From NCBI GenBank assembly GCA_963743325.1, contig CAVUOZ010000006.1, positions 5,207 through 69,206 on the forward strand: DNA of 64,000 nucleotides, in the 5' to 3' direction. Below are positions 29,968 to 38,691 of the stretch, piece after piece. The notes beneath the pieces are model-generated. The model made no database searches. It saw nothing but the letters and a program-made list of their open reading frames with translations, and had not been told where the DNA came from. Made by a program: the position numbers and the translations under genes. How positions within the stretch are numbered: position 1 is the stretch's first letter; each line of letters opens with the position of its first letter. The stretch is from an uncultured Ignavibacteria bacterium (lineage in GTDB: Bacteria > Bacteroidota > Ignavibacteria > Ignavibacteriales > Ignavibacteriaceae).

Positions 29968-31722
29968 ATGAAACGATTGTCACATACAATCACAAGTCTT
30001 CTTTTTCTCATACTATTTTTCTGCTCAATGAATGTTGTTGCACAAACACATTCGGATCCAGCCTTTATTCAAGTAGTATCAACTGCTGAACCAATGAATG
30101 TTGATGGTGTTCTGGATGAAACTGATTGGTTAAAGCGCTTTGACTATCTTGTTTACAAGTCTGGATCTTTACCAGGAGATATAATCTATACAGTCACAGA
30201 TACGCTAACTGTAAAATCCACCTATACTGATACAACAACGACATTTGTTAAATTTTTGCATAATGGTCTTGACCTGTATATCTCCCTTCAATCTGACGAC
30301 CATTCTGTGGGAAAATTTGGTACAAGTTGGGAGGGCGATGGCCTATTTATGAAGATTAAAGATGCCTCAGGAATACCGGTAGAATATAAATTATATTTTA
30401 ATTTAGGAGGTATTAATCCGGATATTCATTATGAAGAACCAGCAAACTACCCGGGGTCCGGCGAAGGGGCTGCGTGGAAACCAGCATCAACCATTGTTAA
30501 TGATACATCGCAGGTTGATTCAGGCTATACTGCGGAAATGGTCATACATCTTGATCAGCTGGGGTACACTGATCCATACGGAGATATTGAAGTAGCTATT
30601 AATATTTTTGATCCTGATGGATATGTTGATGATATGGATCCATACGGATCCGTGGGCTCTTACTGGAAGAGTTGGTGGGGAAGTGAGTGGGGAACTGATC
30701 TTAGGATTTTAAGATTGTCAGATCCTCAGTTGGTGGGTGCTATTAACACTACAGACAACATCACTTTAGACGGGAAACTTGACGAAGCTTTTTGGAATGG
30801 TGCCGACGGGGTAGTGGTCGGACTTGGTTCTAACACAAGTACAGGTGGTTATTATATGCAATGGAATAATCCACTCAATGCATATACTGATCAAAGTATG
30901 GCTACCATTAAGTTTGTTCATAATGGAACTGATCTTTATGTTGGTGTAACTTCTGATGATAAATCGGTTTGTGAATGGGCACCCGGATGGGAAGCGGATG
31001 GTTTATTCCTCTGGATGACTAATAAAGGTGATTATCTGCCGGATCCCGCTCAAAGAATGGAAATAAAGAATATGTACTTTGGAAATACAATTGATACCTC
31101 TGCCGTATTCCAGTTGAGTGCTACTGTACCTACCGGTGGTGCCGAAGGAATGTCATTTGAACCAATCGGAACGGTGACTCATACCGAAGTAGGTGGAGAA
31201 GATGCAGGTTATTCTCTGGAAGTTGTTATTCACACGGATTTATTTGGCTACTCCAATGGAGATACTGTTCGTTTGAGCACTGTCATATGGGATTTGGATT
31301 ATTCATCGGCTGATGCTTATGATGAGGATACATCTGATTATGCTCCACATTGGTGGGGAACTCAATGGGTAGACAGAACTTTTGAAAAGTATAATCTTTT
31401 TAGAAAAGTTTTCCTGTCAAGTGCTACTGATGTTAAAGATTATAATCTCAGCAATCCTATCACATTCCAATTATCACAAAATTATCCGAATCCTTTTAAC
31501 CCGACAACTACTATTCGTTATTCAATTCCCAAAGGGACAAAGATAACTCTGAAAGTATTTGATATTCTTGGAAATGAAGTTGCAACTCTTGTTAATGAGT
31601 ATAAAAATGCAGGCAGCTATTATACCGACTGGAAACCTTCTAATGTTGCAAGCGGTGTTTATTTCTATCGTCTGCAAGCCGGTGATTTAGTGAAAACTAA
31701 TAAGTTGATATTACTGAGATAA
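29968..31722 (+). CDS. Secreted tandem CBM9-like carbohydrate-binding protein with T9SS C-terminal domain
   Basis: Signal peptide, then two internally repeated modules: DGVLDETDW...FLHNGLDLYISLQSDD...WEGDGLF...GYTAEMVIHLD and DGKLDEAFW...FVHNGTDLYVGVTSDD...WEADGLF...GYSLEVVIHTD. The C-terminal domain is NYPNPFNPTTTIRYSIP...GVYFYRLQAG...KLILLR. Confidence 0.5.
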   Translation: MKRLSHTITSLLFLILFFCSMNVVAQTHSDPAFIQVVSTAEPMNVDGVLDETDWLKRFDYLVYKSGSLPGDIIYTVTDTLTVKSTYTDTTTTFVKFLHNGLDLYISLQSDDHSVGKFGTSWEGDGLFMKIKDASGIPVEYKLYFNLGGINPDIHYEEPANYPGSGEGAAWKPASTIVNDTSQVDSGYTAEMVIHLDQLGYTDPYGDIEVAINIFDPDGYVDDMDPYGSVGSYWKSWWGSEWGTDLRILRLSDPQLVGAINTTDNITLDGKLDEAFWNGADGVVVGLGSNTSTGGYYMQWNNPLNAYTDQSMATIKFVHNGTDLYVGVTSDDKSVCEWAPGWEADGLFLWMTNKGDYLPDPAQRMEIKNMYFGNTIDTSAVFQLSATVPTGGAEGMSFEPIGTVTHTEVGGEDAGYSLEVVIHTDLFGYSNGDTVRLSTVIWDLDYSSADAYDEDTSDYAPHWWGTQWVDRTFEKYNLFRKVFLSSATDVKDYNLSNPITFQLSQNYPNPFNPTTTIRYSIPKGTKITLKVFDILGNEVATLVNEYKNAGSYYTDWKPSNVASGVYFYRLQAGDLVKTNKLILLR

Positions 31723-31731
31723 CTTAATTGA

Positions 31732-31768
31732 GGGAGTAAACTAAAAAAAGTTTACTCCCATTTCTTTT
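31732..31768 (+). terminator. Rho-independent terminator or attenuator after the CBM9-like gene
   Basis: Perfect 10-bp stem gggagtaaac / gtttactccc with an A-rich loop, followed by atttctttt. Confidence 0.55.
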
Positions 31769-31825
31769 GGTAAGAGGATTTATTTCTTCTGTATAACATT
31801 TTTTATGACAAACTATTAGATATAC

Positions 31826-34474
31826 ATGAGAAAATTTTACCACCCAGCAATTCTAATTATACTGCTTTTTATTTTCAATCAAGCAGCAGTTTATTCAGGC
31901 CAAACTGGGAAAATTACCGGAAATGTAAAAGATAAAAACTCTGGCGAACTTCTTATTGGCGCCAATATAATAATTGAAAATTCTACAATGGGAGCTGCTG
32001 CTGATCTCAATGGCGAGTACTTTATTCTTAATGTGCCCCCGGGTGAATATAATCTCGTTGCTTCAATGATCGGTTATCAAAGTATGAAGGTTACGGGAGT
32101 TATAATTGAAGCCGACAAAACCACGCGCATAAATTTTGAGCTGGAAGCAAAAACTCTTCAGTTGGATCAAGAAGTTGTCGTAACAGCACAAAAAATAATT
32201 ATTAGGAGAGACCTGACTTCGAGTGAACTTTCTGTATCGTCAAATGAAATAAAAAGTCTTCCGGTGGAAGGTCTCGGAGATATACTTCAAATGAAAGCCG
32301 GAGTGGTAAAAGATGCAACTGGGGGAATTCATATAAGAGGAGGTCGGGCATCCGAAGTTAGCTATCTTGTCGATGGAATTCCTGTGAACGATTTTTATTC
32401 TGGATCAGGCGGAGCAAATGTCGATGTTCAGTTTATGGAGGAAGTGAAAGTAATCAGCGGTGTGTTTAATGCAGAATACGGACAGGCACTATCCGGCGTT
32501 GTTGATGTAATAACAAAACAAACTTCAAAAAAATTTGAAGGAAATGTATCGTTTTCTACCGGGGATTATTTCAGCAATAATAAGAATGTCTTTTATAATA
32601 TAAATAATATAAACCCGGCAAGTGTGAACGAAGCAAAAATAAATCTTAGCGGTCCGATAGGAATTTTGGGAAGCAACTTAAGTTATAACGTTGCTTTAAG
32701 GAGATTTTCCAATGATGGTTGGTTGTATGGACAGCGGCGGTTTAATCCTAAAGATAGTTCATTTCAGGAAGGAGATGTTTTCCACATTGTATCTACTGGT
32801 GATGATAAAGTTGTTTCGATGAATTCTTTTTTAAATTACAGCTTTCAGGGGAAAATCAGCCTCGATTTATTTTCTAATTTAATATTAGCAAATCTTTTTT
32901 TATGGGATAAATCGGATTCTATGAATTATGATCATATATATAAACTTAATCCGGATGGATTACCCAAAAAATATAGTAATACCATTAATAATATCACATC
33001 ATTAACTTATGTTTTCTCACCAAGCACATTTATGCAGCTAAAATATTCTTATAACCGAAATGAATGGAAATCATATGTTTACGAAAATATGAATGACCCA
33101 CGATATGCGAATCCCGAATTACTATATCAACTTACTAGCTATGCCTTTTTAACCGGGGGAACTGATATGCATCATGATAGCCGCATTATTCAGACTAATA
33201 TTGGTAAAGCTGATTTATTAAGCCAGGTTGACCGCTATAACGAACTTAAAACCGGAATTGAATTTGACCTGTCTCAAATTCAGCCCGAAAATGAAATTGT
33301 CAAATATCAGGATACAATTAAAATTTTTGATTACAATTATTATTTTAATCAGGGCGTTTTTTACTTTAAACCTATTTCTTTTTCTGGGTATATTCAGGAT
33401 AAGATTGAATACAAAAGCGTTATTATTAATGCGGGATTAAGATATGACTATTTTAATTCCAGGGGAAAGATTCCAAGCGATTTAGCTGACCCACAGGGTT
33501 CGCCTAAAATAAACACGAAGCCACAACATCAAATAAGTCCACGTCTAGGAATTGCTTTCCCGATATCAGCCGACGGTACTATTCATTTTAGCTATGGTCA
33601 TTTTTTCCAGGTTCCTCCATATAGTTACTTATACACAAATCCTAATTTCAGAGTAGGTCCCGGAGGTTTATATACTTTAATGGGAAATGCTGATTTAAAA
33701 GCCCAATCTACAATAGCTTATGAGGTAGGACTTCACTACAAATTTCTGGATATGATCGGTTTGGAAGTTATTGGTTTTTACAAAGATATTACAAATCTAT
33801 TAGGGACTGAAATTCATGATACTTATATAAGAAGTGATCGTTATGCTCTTTATGTTAACCGTGATTATGGTAAAGCCAGGGGATTTTCAATCTCTTTATC
33901 AAAGCAGCCGATAAAAGATAATGTATCAATCAGTGTTGATTACACACTTCAGATTGCAGAAGGTAATGCCTCAGATCCGAATGATGCTTATAATAGATCC
34001 CAGGGAACTCCTCCCCAAAAACCGAATATTCAAATTGTTCCTTTGAATTGGGATCAAAGGCAGACGATCAATATTTCACTTTTTTATATAATTCCCGCGG
34101 ATTTTGACCTCGGAATAATAGCTAAATATGAAAGTGGTTTTCCATATACACCGGAATTACAATCAATTCAAACCAGTTTTGAAAATAGTGCGAGAATGCC
34201 GTCTAAAATAAACGTCGATCTTCAATTCAATAAGGATTTTGCAATCTCTAACTCTACGATTTCTTTATTCCTGAAAGTCTTTAATCTATTTGATACTAAG
34301 AATGAAATTAATGTTTACAGAGATACAGGCAGAGCAGGTTATTCACTTATTACTCAATACACACCGCAGTATCAGGGACCAAATACTCTAAACGAATTTT
34401 TGAATAGACCTGACTATTATTACGAACCCAGAAGGATCATGCTAGGTGTTTCCTATAATTTAAATCTGAAATAG
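31826..34474 (+). CDS. TonB-dependent outer-membrane receptor with N-terminal carboxypeptidase-regulatory-like domain
   Basis: Signal peptide, then GKITGNVKDKNSGELLIGANIII...DLNGEYFILNVPPGEYNLVASMIGYQ. The plug region has GGIHIRGGRASEVSYLVDGIPVND. A long beta-barrel follows, ending in GVSYNLNLK. Confidence 0.85.
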   Translation: MRKFYHPAILIILLFIFNQAAVYSGQTGKITGNVKDKNSGELLIGANIIIENSTMGAAADLNGEYFILNVPPGEYNLVASMIGYQSMKVTGVIIEADKTTRINFELEAKTLQLDQEVVVTAQKIIIRRDLTSSELSVSSNEIKSLPVEGLGDILQMKAGVVKDATGGIHIRGGRASEVSYLVDGIPVNDFYSGSGGANVDVQFMEEVKVISGVFNAEYGQALSGVVDVITKQTSKKFEGNVSFSTGDYFSNNKNVFYNINNINPASVNEAKINLSGPIGILGSNLSYNVALRRFSNDGWLYGQRRFNPKDSSFQEGDVFHIVSTGDDKVVSMNSFLNYSFQGKISLDLFSNLILANLFLWDKSDSMNYDHIYKLNPDGLPKKYSNTINNITSLTYVFSPSTFMQLKYSYNRNEWKSYVYENMNDPRYANPELLYQLTSYAFLTGGTDMHHDSRIIQTNIGKADLLSQVDRYNELKTGIEFDLSQIQPENEIVKYQDTIKIFDYNYYFNQGVFYFKPISFSGYIQDKIEYKSVIINAGLRYDYFNSRGKIPSDLADPQGSPKINTKPQHQISPRLGIAFPISADGTIHFSYGHFFQVPPYSYLYTNPNFRVGPGGLYTLMGNADLKAQSTIAYEVGLHYKFLDMIGLEVIGFYKDITNLLGTEIHDTYIRSDRYALYVNRDYGKARGFSISLSKQPIKDNVSISVDYTLQIAEGNASDPNDAYNRSQGTPPQKPNIQIVPLNWDQRQTINISLFYIIPADFDLGIIAKYESGFPYTPELQSIQTSFENSARMPSKINVDLQFNKDFAISNSTISLFLKVFNLFDTKNEINVYRDTGRAGYSLITQYTPQYQGPNTLNEFLNRPDYYYEPRRIMLGVSYNLNLK

Positions 34475-34483
34475 GTTCATGTT

Positions 34484-37400
34484 ATGAATAACATCAGATC
34501 AATACTAATCACAACATTGCTAATTTTAATTTTTTCATCGGAAATTCTCTCCCAAATTCACGTTCCGATGAATATGAGAGGAGACAGGAAGTATAGAAAA
34601 GACGGGATTCATAACGGTAATTTGGTTGAAACACTTTTCTATAATTTTGGTGAAGTAGCTTGGTGGGGAAGAGAACCTTCTGGAGTTTGGCCTAAAGGAT
34701 CCGGACATTCTTACATGGATGGTATTACACCGATTGTCGCCGCTGAAGTTTTAGATCAGACCGGTAATACAATTCATATTGTTGAAGCCGGATACAGGGA
34801 AAATATGGATATCTCTCCAACCGGAGTTGAGCGGGGCTGGCAGCCAAGACCAGGATTTGTAAATCCAAATCAAGATAATATTGCTATGAGCGATAAGCCT
34901 ATTACCTGGCCAGAAAGTTGGCCTGATAAAGACATTGCGTGGAATGGGTTTTGGAACGGCTATTTTGGAAAGCACACCAATGCGGATCAGGAGAGTTTTT
35001 TTGTAATGGATGATAATAGCGATGACGGACCGGATTTCTTCCCGGATTCTACAGATCATACGCGAAGAGGATTGGGGTTAAGTGTCGGTGTTCGAGGTTT
35101 TCAATGGTCTAATATTTTGGCCGAGGATATAATTTTCTGGCATTATGAAATTACTAATGAGAGTACTCAGGATTACACAAAAATAATATTTGGAATGTAT
35201 GTTGATTGCGGGGTGGGAGGTCAGTACGATTCCAATGATGATTATGCATCATTTGATATCGATAATGATATAACCTATAGCTGGGATAATGACGGTATCG
35301 GTCAGGGGGGGTGGCATCCCACGGGTTACGCAGGCTATGCTTTTCTTGAAAGTCCTGGAAACGGCTATAATAAAGTTGATGATGACAACGATGGTGAGAT
35401 GGGAAGTCCTACAATCATTTCTCAAATGCTAATAGGAGAAATAAAAGGAAATGGTATAGATGATAATAATAACGGATTGGTTGATGAAGATTCAATTAAT
35501 ATTGGAATGAAATATGGTGACGGTATAGATAATAATGGTGATGGAAAAATTGATGAGATGATAGATGAAACAAGAGATGATGGACTTGATAACGATGGTA
35601 ATTGGGATCCTAATACCGATGATGTCGGATTGGATGGATTAGCCGGTACAGGAGATTTTGGAGAAGGGGATGGAAAACCGACTTCCGGTTGGCAGATACC
35701 TGGTTTAGTTCCCGGTGCCCCAACTTTTCCCGTTAATAAATTTGGTTTAGTCGATACAAAACAACCGGGAGAACCGCACATTGATAAAACAGATAAAAAT
35801 GAATCCGATCAAATTGGATTAACAGCATTTGATGTTTTCTTCATAGGTTCAGGAGTCGTTTTCAGAGATGATGATAGGATATGGGAAAGAATTTCGTACA
35901 GCCATTTCGATACGAGATTACAAAATGGAAACATTGCCTTCTTGTTCGGTTCCGGTCCATTTATACTACCTGCAGGTACTACAGAAAGATTTTCATTAGC
36001 CCTGGTATTCGGAAACGATTTACAAGATATTCAAAGAAATAAAGAGGTTGTACAAGATATATATAATAATAATTATAATTTTGCCCGACCTCCTGATAAA
36101 CCAACTTTAACTGCAGTAGCCGGTGATGGAAAAGTAACATTATATTGGGATAATGCAGCAGAAAATTCTTACGACGATTTTTTGAAAGATTATGATTTTG
36201 AAGGATATAAAATTTATAGGGCTACTGATCCAGGTTTTCTCGACGCCTATACAATTACCAGCGGGTACGGAGAAAATACTCTTTTCAAACCTGCCGCTCA
36301 ATTTGACATTGTAGATGATATTCAAGGATTTTTCCCTCTTGATTACCAGGGAGTTAAAATTTATATGGGTGATAACAAAGGATTGAGACACTCCTGGGTT
36401 GACACAAATGTAATAAACGGACAAACATATTACTATGCATTAGTTTCATACGATAAAGGAAATTCAGGAATCGGTTTATATCCATCCGAATGTGCTAAAG
36501 TTATTGTTCGTGATCTTGCAGGAAATATAACGGTAGATAAAAATACTGCATATATTACTCCTGGGACAAGGACCGCAGGATATATGCAACCCGGTTTAGA
36601 AAACGGTATTGCACATAGTAATGGTTTTGGTACTGGAAATGTCGAAGTCGATATTCTGGATCCAAATATAATATCAAATGGAAATTATTCTCTTTCCTTT
36701 GATGATATTACACATTCAGATACAATATCGTACTCTTTATTTAAAATAAACGGCACAGATTCTTTAAATATTTTCGTCGACTCACGATACATTAAGGGGG
36801 AAGATTACAATCCCATGTTCAATGGAATGCGAATTCTTGTAACAAATGATACTATTGCTTATGATCCTGACAAATCCGGTTGGAAGAATGGTACTTCAAA
36901 TCTTCTTATTCAAGGACAACTTTTATATTCCTTACCATCAAGAGTGCATGGATATCCTTCCAGTTATGAAATACGGGTAGGGTTACCTGATTCTTCCTGG
37001 CGGTTTGGCTACAGATCTGCCACAAATTTCCAGGTTTGGGATATCTATGAGAATGAAAAAATAAGATATTACTTGTGGGAGCCAGATACACTCATCGATG
37101 GAAAAATATCTGCAGGAGATTATATAACAATTTGGAAAGAGGTAAACTCAGTTTGGAGAGAAATTTGGAAATTTACTTTTATTGCACCGCCAAATCAAAA
37201 ATTATTTCTGCCTTCTGACGGAGAATTAGGAGAAATTGTTATTAAAACCCCATTCCGAAATGGTGACATATTTACATTCCAAACCAGAGGAGCAGAGATA
37301 AATTCGGAACAGGCAGTTGAAGATCTTAGCAAGATTGCCGTGGTTCCTAATCCATATGTCGGTGCAGCACTGTGGGAGCCACAAAGATTAACATCTTCAG

Positions 37401-37639
37401 GGAGAGGAGAAAGACGGATTTATTTTATACATCTTCCGAAAGAAGCTACGATTCGTATTTATACAATTAGTGGGGATCTTGTAAAAACCATTTATCATAA
37501 TTCTTTAAATTTTGATGGCCAGGAACCCTGGGACCTAACGAATCAAAATGGACTGGATATAGCACCTGGAATATATATTTTCCAGGTTGAATCACCTGGT
37601 CTACCAAGTAAAATTGACAAATTCGCTATAATTAAATAA
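34484..37639 (+). CDS. 1051-aa secreted protein of unknown function with a Ca-binding-type Asp-rich repeat block, an FN3-like domain and a divergent CTD-like tail
   Basis: Signal peptide without a lipobox Cys. The D-x-D-x-D-G type repeats are DDDNDGE, DDNNNGLVDED, GIDNNGDGKIDE, DDGLDNDGNWDPNTDD and VGLDG. An FN3-like segment reads PDKPTLTAVAGDGKVTLYWDN...YKIYR. The tail VVPNPYVG...IRIYTISGDLVKTIYH...GIYIFQVE...KFAIIK is patterned like a T9SS C-terminal domain. The gene starts 9 nt after the TBDR gene. Confidence 0.6.
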   Translation: MNNIRSILITTLLILIFSSEILSQIHVPMNMRGDRKYRKDGIHNGNLVETLFYNFGEVAWWGREPSGVWPKGSGHSYMDGITPIVAAEVLDQTGNTIHIVEAGYRENMDISPTGVERGWQPRPGFVNPNQDNIAMSDKPITWPESWPDKDIAWNGFWNGYFGKHTNADQESFFVMDDNSDDGPDFFPDSTDHTRRGLGLSVGVRGFQWSNILAEDIIFWHYEITNESTQDYTKIIFGMYVDCGVGGQYDSNDDYASFDIDNDITYSWDNDGIGQGGWHPTGYAGYAFLESPGNGYNKVDDDNDGEMGSPTIISQMLIGEIKGNGIDDNNNGLVDEDSINIGMKYGDGIDNNGDGKIDEMIDETRDDGLDNDGNWDPNTDDVGLDGLAGTGDFGEGDGKPTSGWQIPGLVPGAPTFPVNKFGLVDTKQPGEPHIDKTDKNESDQIGLTAFDVFFIGSGVVFRDDDRIWERISYSHFDTRLQNGNIAFLFGSGPFILPAGTTERFSLALVFGNDLQDIQRNKEVVQDIYNNNYNFARPPDKPTLTAVAGDGKVTLYWDNAAENSYDDFLKDYDFEGYKIYRATDPGFLDAYTITSGYGENTLFKPAAQFDIVDDIQGFFPLDYQGVKIYMGDNKGLRHSWVDTNVINGQTYYYALVSYDKGNSGIGLYPSECAKVIVRDLAGNITVDKNTAYITPGTRTAGYMQPGLENGIAHSNGFGTGNVEVDILDPNIISNGNYSLSFDDITHSDTISYSLFKINGTDSLNIFVDSRYIKGEDYNPMFNGMRILVTNDTIAYDPDKSGWKNGTSNLLIQGQLLYSLPSRVHGYPSSYEIRVGLPDSSWRFGYRSATNFQVWDIYENEKIRYYLWEPDTLIDGKISAGDYITIWKEVNSVWREIWKFTFIAPPNQKLFLPSDGELGEIVIKTPFRNGDIFTFQTRGAEINSEQAVEDLSKIAVVPNPYVGAALWEPQRLTSSGRGERRIYFIHLPKEATIRIYTISGDLVKTIYHNSLNFDGQEPWDLTNQNGLDIAPGIYIFQVESPGLPSKIDKFAIIK

Positions 37640-37653
37640 AACGGGTTTGTGTT

Positions 37654-38664
37654 ATGGATATAAAGAAATTTATAATCCTAGTAATTTTGCTATTAAGCAA
37701 TTACGGATTATCCCAAGTCTTTTCTGGTACAACTGCAGGTCAATTTTTAAAGATTGAAGTTGGGGCTAAAGCAATTGGGATGGGAGGAGCATTTGTCTCG
37801 CAGTCAAATGACGTATCTTCGATATATTGGAATCCTGGCAGTATAGCAAAACTTAAAAATAGTTCGGCAATGTTTACGCATACCTATTGGATAGCCAGTC
37901 TCAACCATGATTTTGCCGGAGTAATTCTAAAAATTGGTGAACAAAATGCAGTGGGATTTAGTTATACGACGTTAGGGACAGGAGATATGAAAGTCCGTAC
38001 CGAGATTTATCCGGAGGGAACTGGTGAATTTTTTACTGCAAATGATTATGCAATTGGAATAAGTTATGGAATGAATCTTACTGAAGATTTCAGTATCGGA
38101 GTTACGGGTAAATATGTCGGCGAGAAAATTTGGCATATGTCTGCCTCTACAATTGCATTTGATTTTGGTTTACTATATAACACCCCAATAAACAATCTTA
38201 ATCTTGGAATGAGTATTTCTAATATCGGGGGAAAAATAAAATATGCAGGAGAGGACAACTTTATCTATTATAGCTATAATCCGGACGAACATGGAAATAG
38301 TCAAAATATATATGCTGAAATAAAAATGGATGAATGGGATTTACCTCTTATATACAGAGTTGGTCTCTCAATGAAAATATTGGAAGGTGATATGCATTCA
38401 ATCATAATTTCTGCTGATGCGCTCCACCCAAATGACTATAATGAATTTGTCAATTTAGGTTTTGAGTATGGATTTAAGGAGAGAGTATTTTTAAGAGCAG
38501 GATATAAGTCTTTGTTTAAAAAGGAGAGCGAAGAAGGATTGACAGCCGGGCTAGGACTATTGTATTATCTCACAGATTATATGCCTCTTAAAGTAGATTA
38601 TGCTTATGCTGACTTCGGCAGGTTGGATGCTGTTCATAGAATTTCTTTAGAAATTGGATTTTAA
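37654..38664 (+). CDS. PorV-like (FadL-fold) outer-membrane beta-barrel
   Basis: Signal peptide, then the N-terminal motif TAGQFLKIEVGAKAIGMGGAFVSQSNDVSSIYWNPGSIA, as in PorV/LptO-family proteins. C-terminal SLEIGF. The gene starts 14 nt after the preceding gene. Confidence 0.6.
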   Translation: MDIKKFIILVILLLSNYGLSQVFSGTTAGQFLKIEVGAKAIGMGGAFVSQSNDVSSIYWNPGSIAKLKNSSAMFTHTYWIASLNHDFAGVILKIGEQNAVGFSYTTLGTGDMKVRTEIYPEGTGEFFTANDYAIGISYGMNLTEDFSIGVTGKYVGEKIWHMSASTIAFDFGLLYNTPINNLNLGMSISNIGGKIKYAGEDNFIYYSYNPDEHGNSQNIYAEIKMDEWDLPLIYRVGLSMKILEGDMHSIIISADALHPNDYNEFVNLGFEYGFKERVFLRAGYKSLFKKESEEGLTAGLGLLYYLTDYMPLKVDYAYADFGRLDAVHRISLEIGF

Positions 38665-38691
38665 TGGTAATTCGTATACAAGGAATATCTG

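Noticed and set aside
35422-35781. Antisense or overlapping ORFs in the track, including 35422-35781, 47146-47739, 49561-49917, 51203-51514, 5359-5649, 5412-5657, 62416-62733 and 62561-62770
   Set aside because: Each lies entirely inside, or antisense to, a much longer ORF with strong family motifs. Their translations are low-complexity and lack recognisable domains. The 62416/62561 pair is antisense to the LTXXQ reading. I treat them as shadow ORFs.
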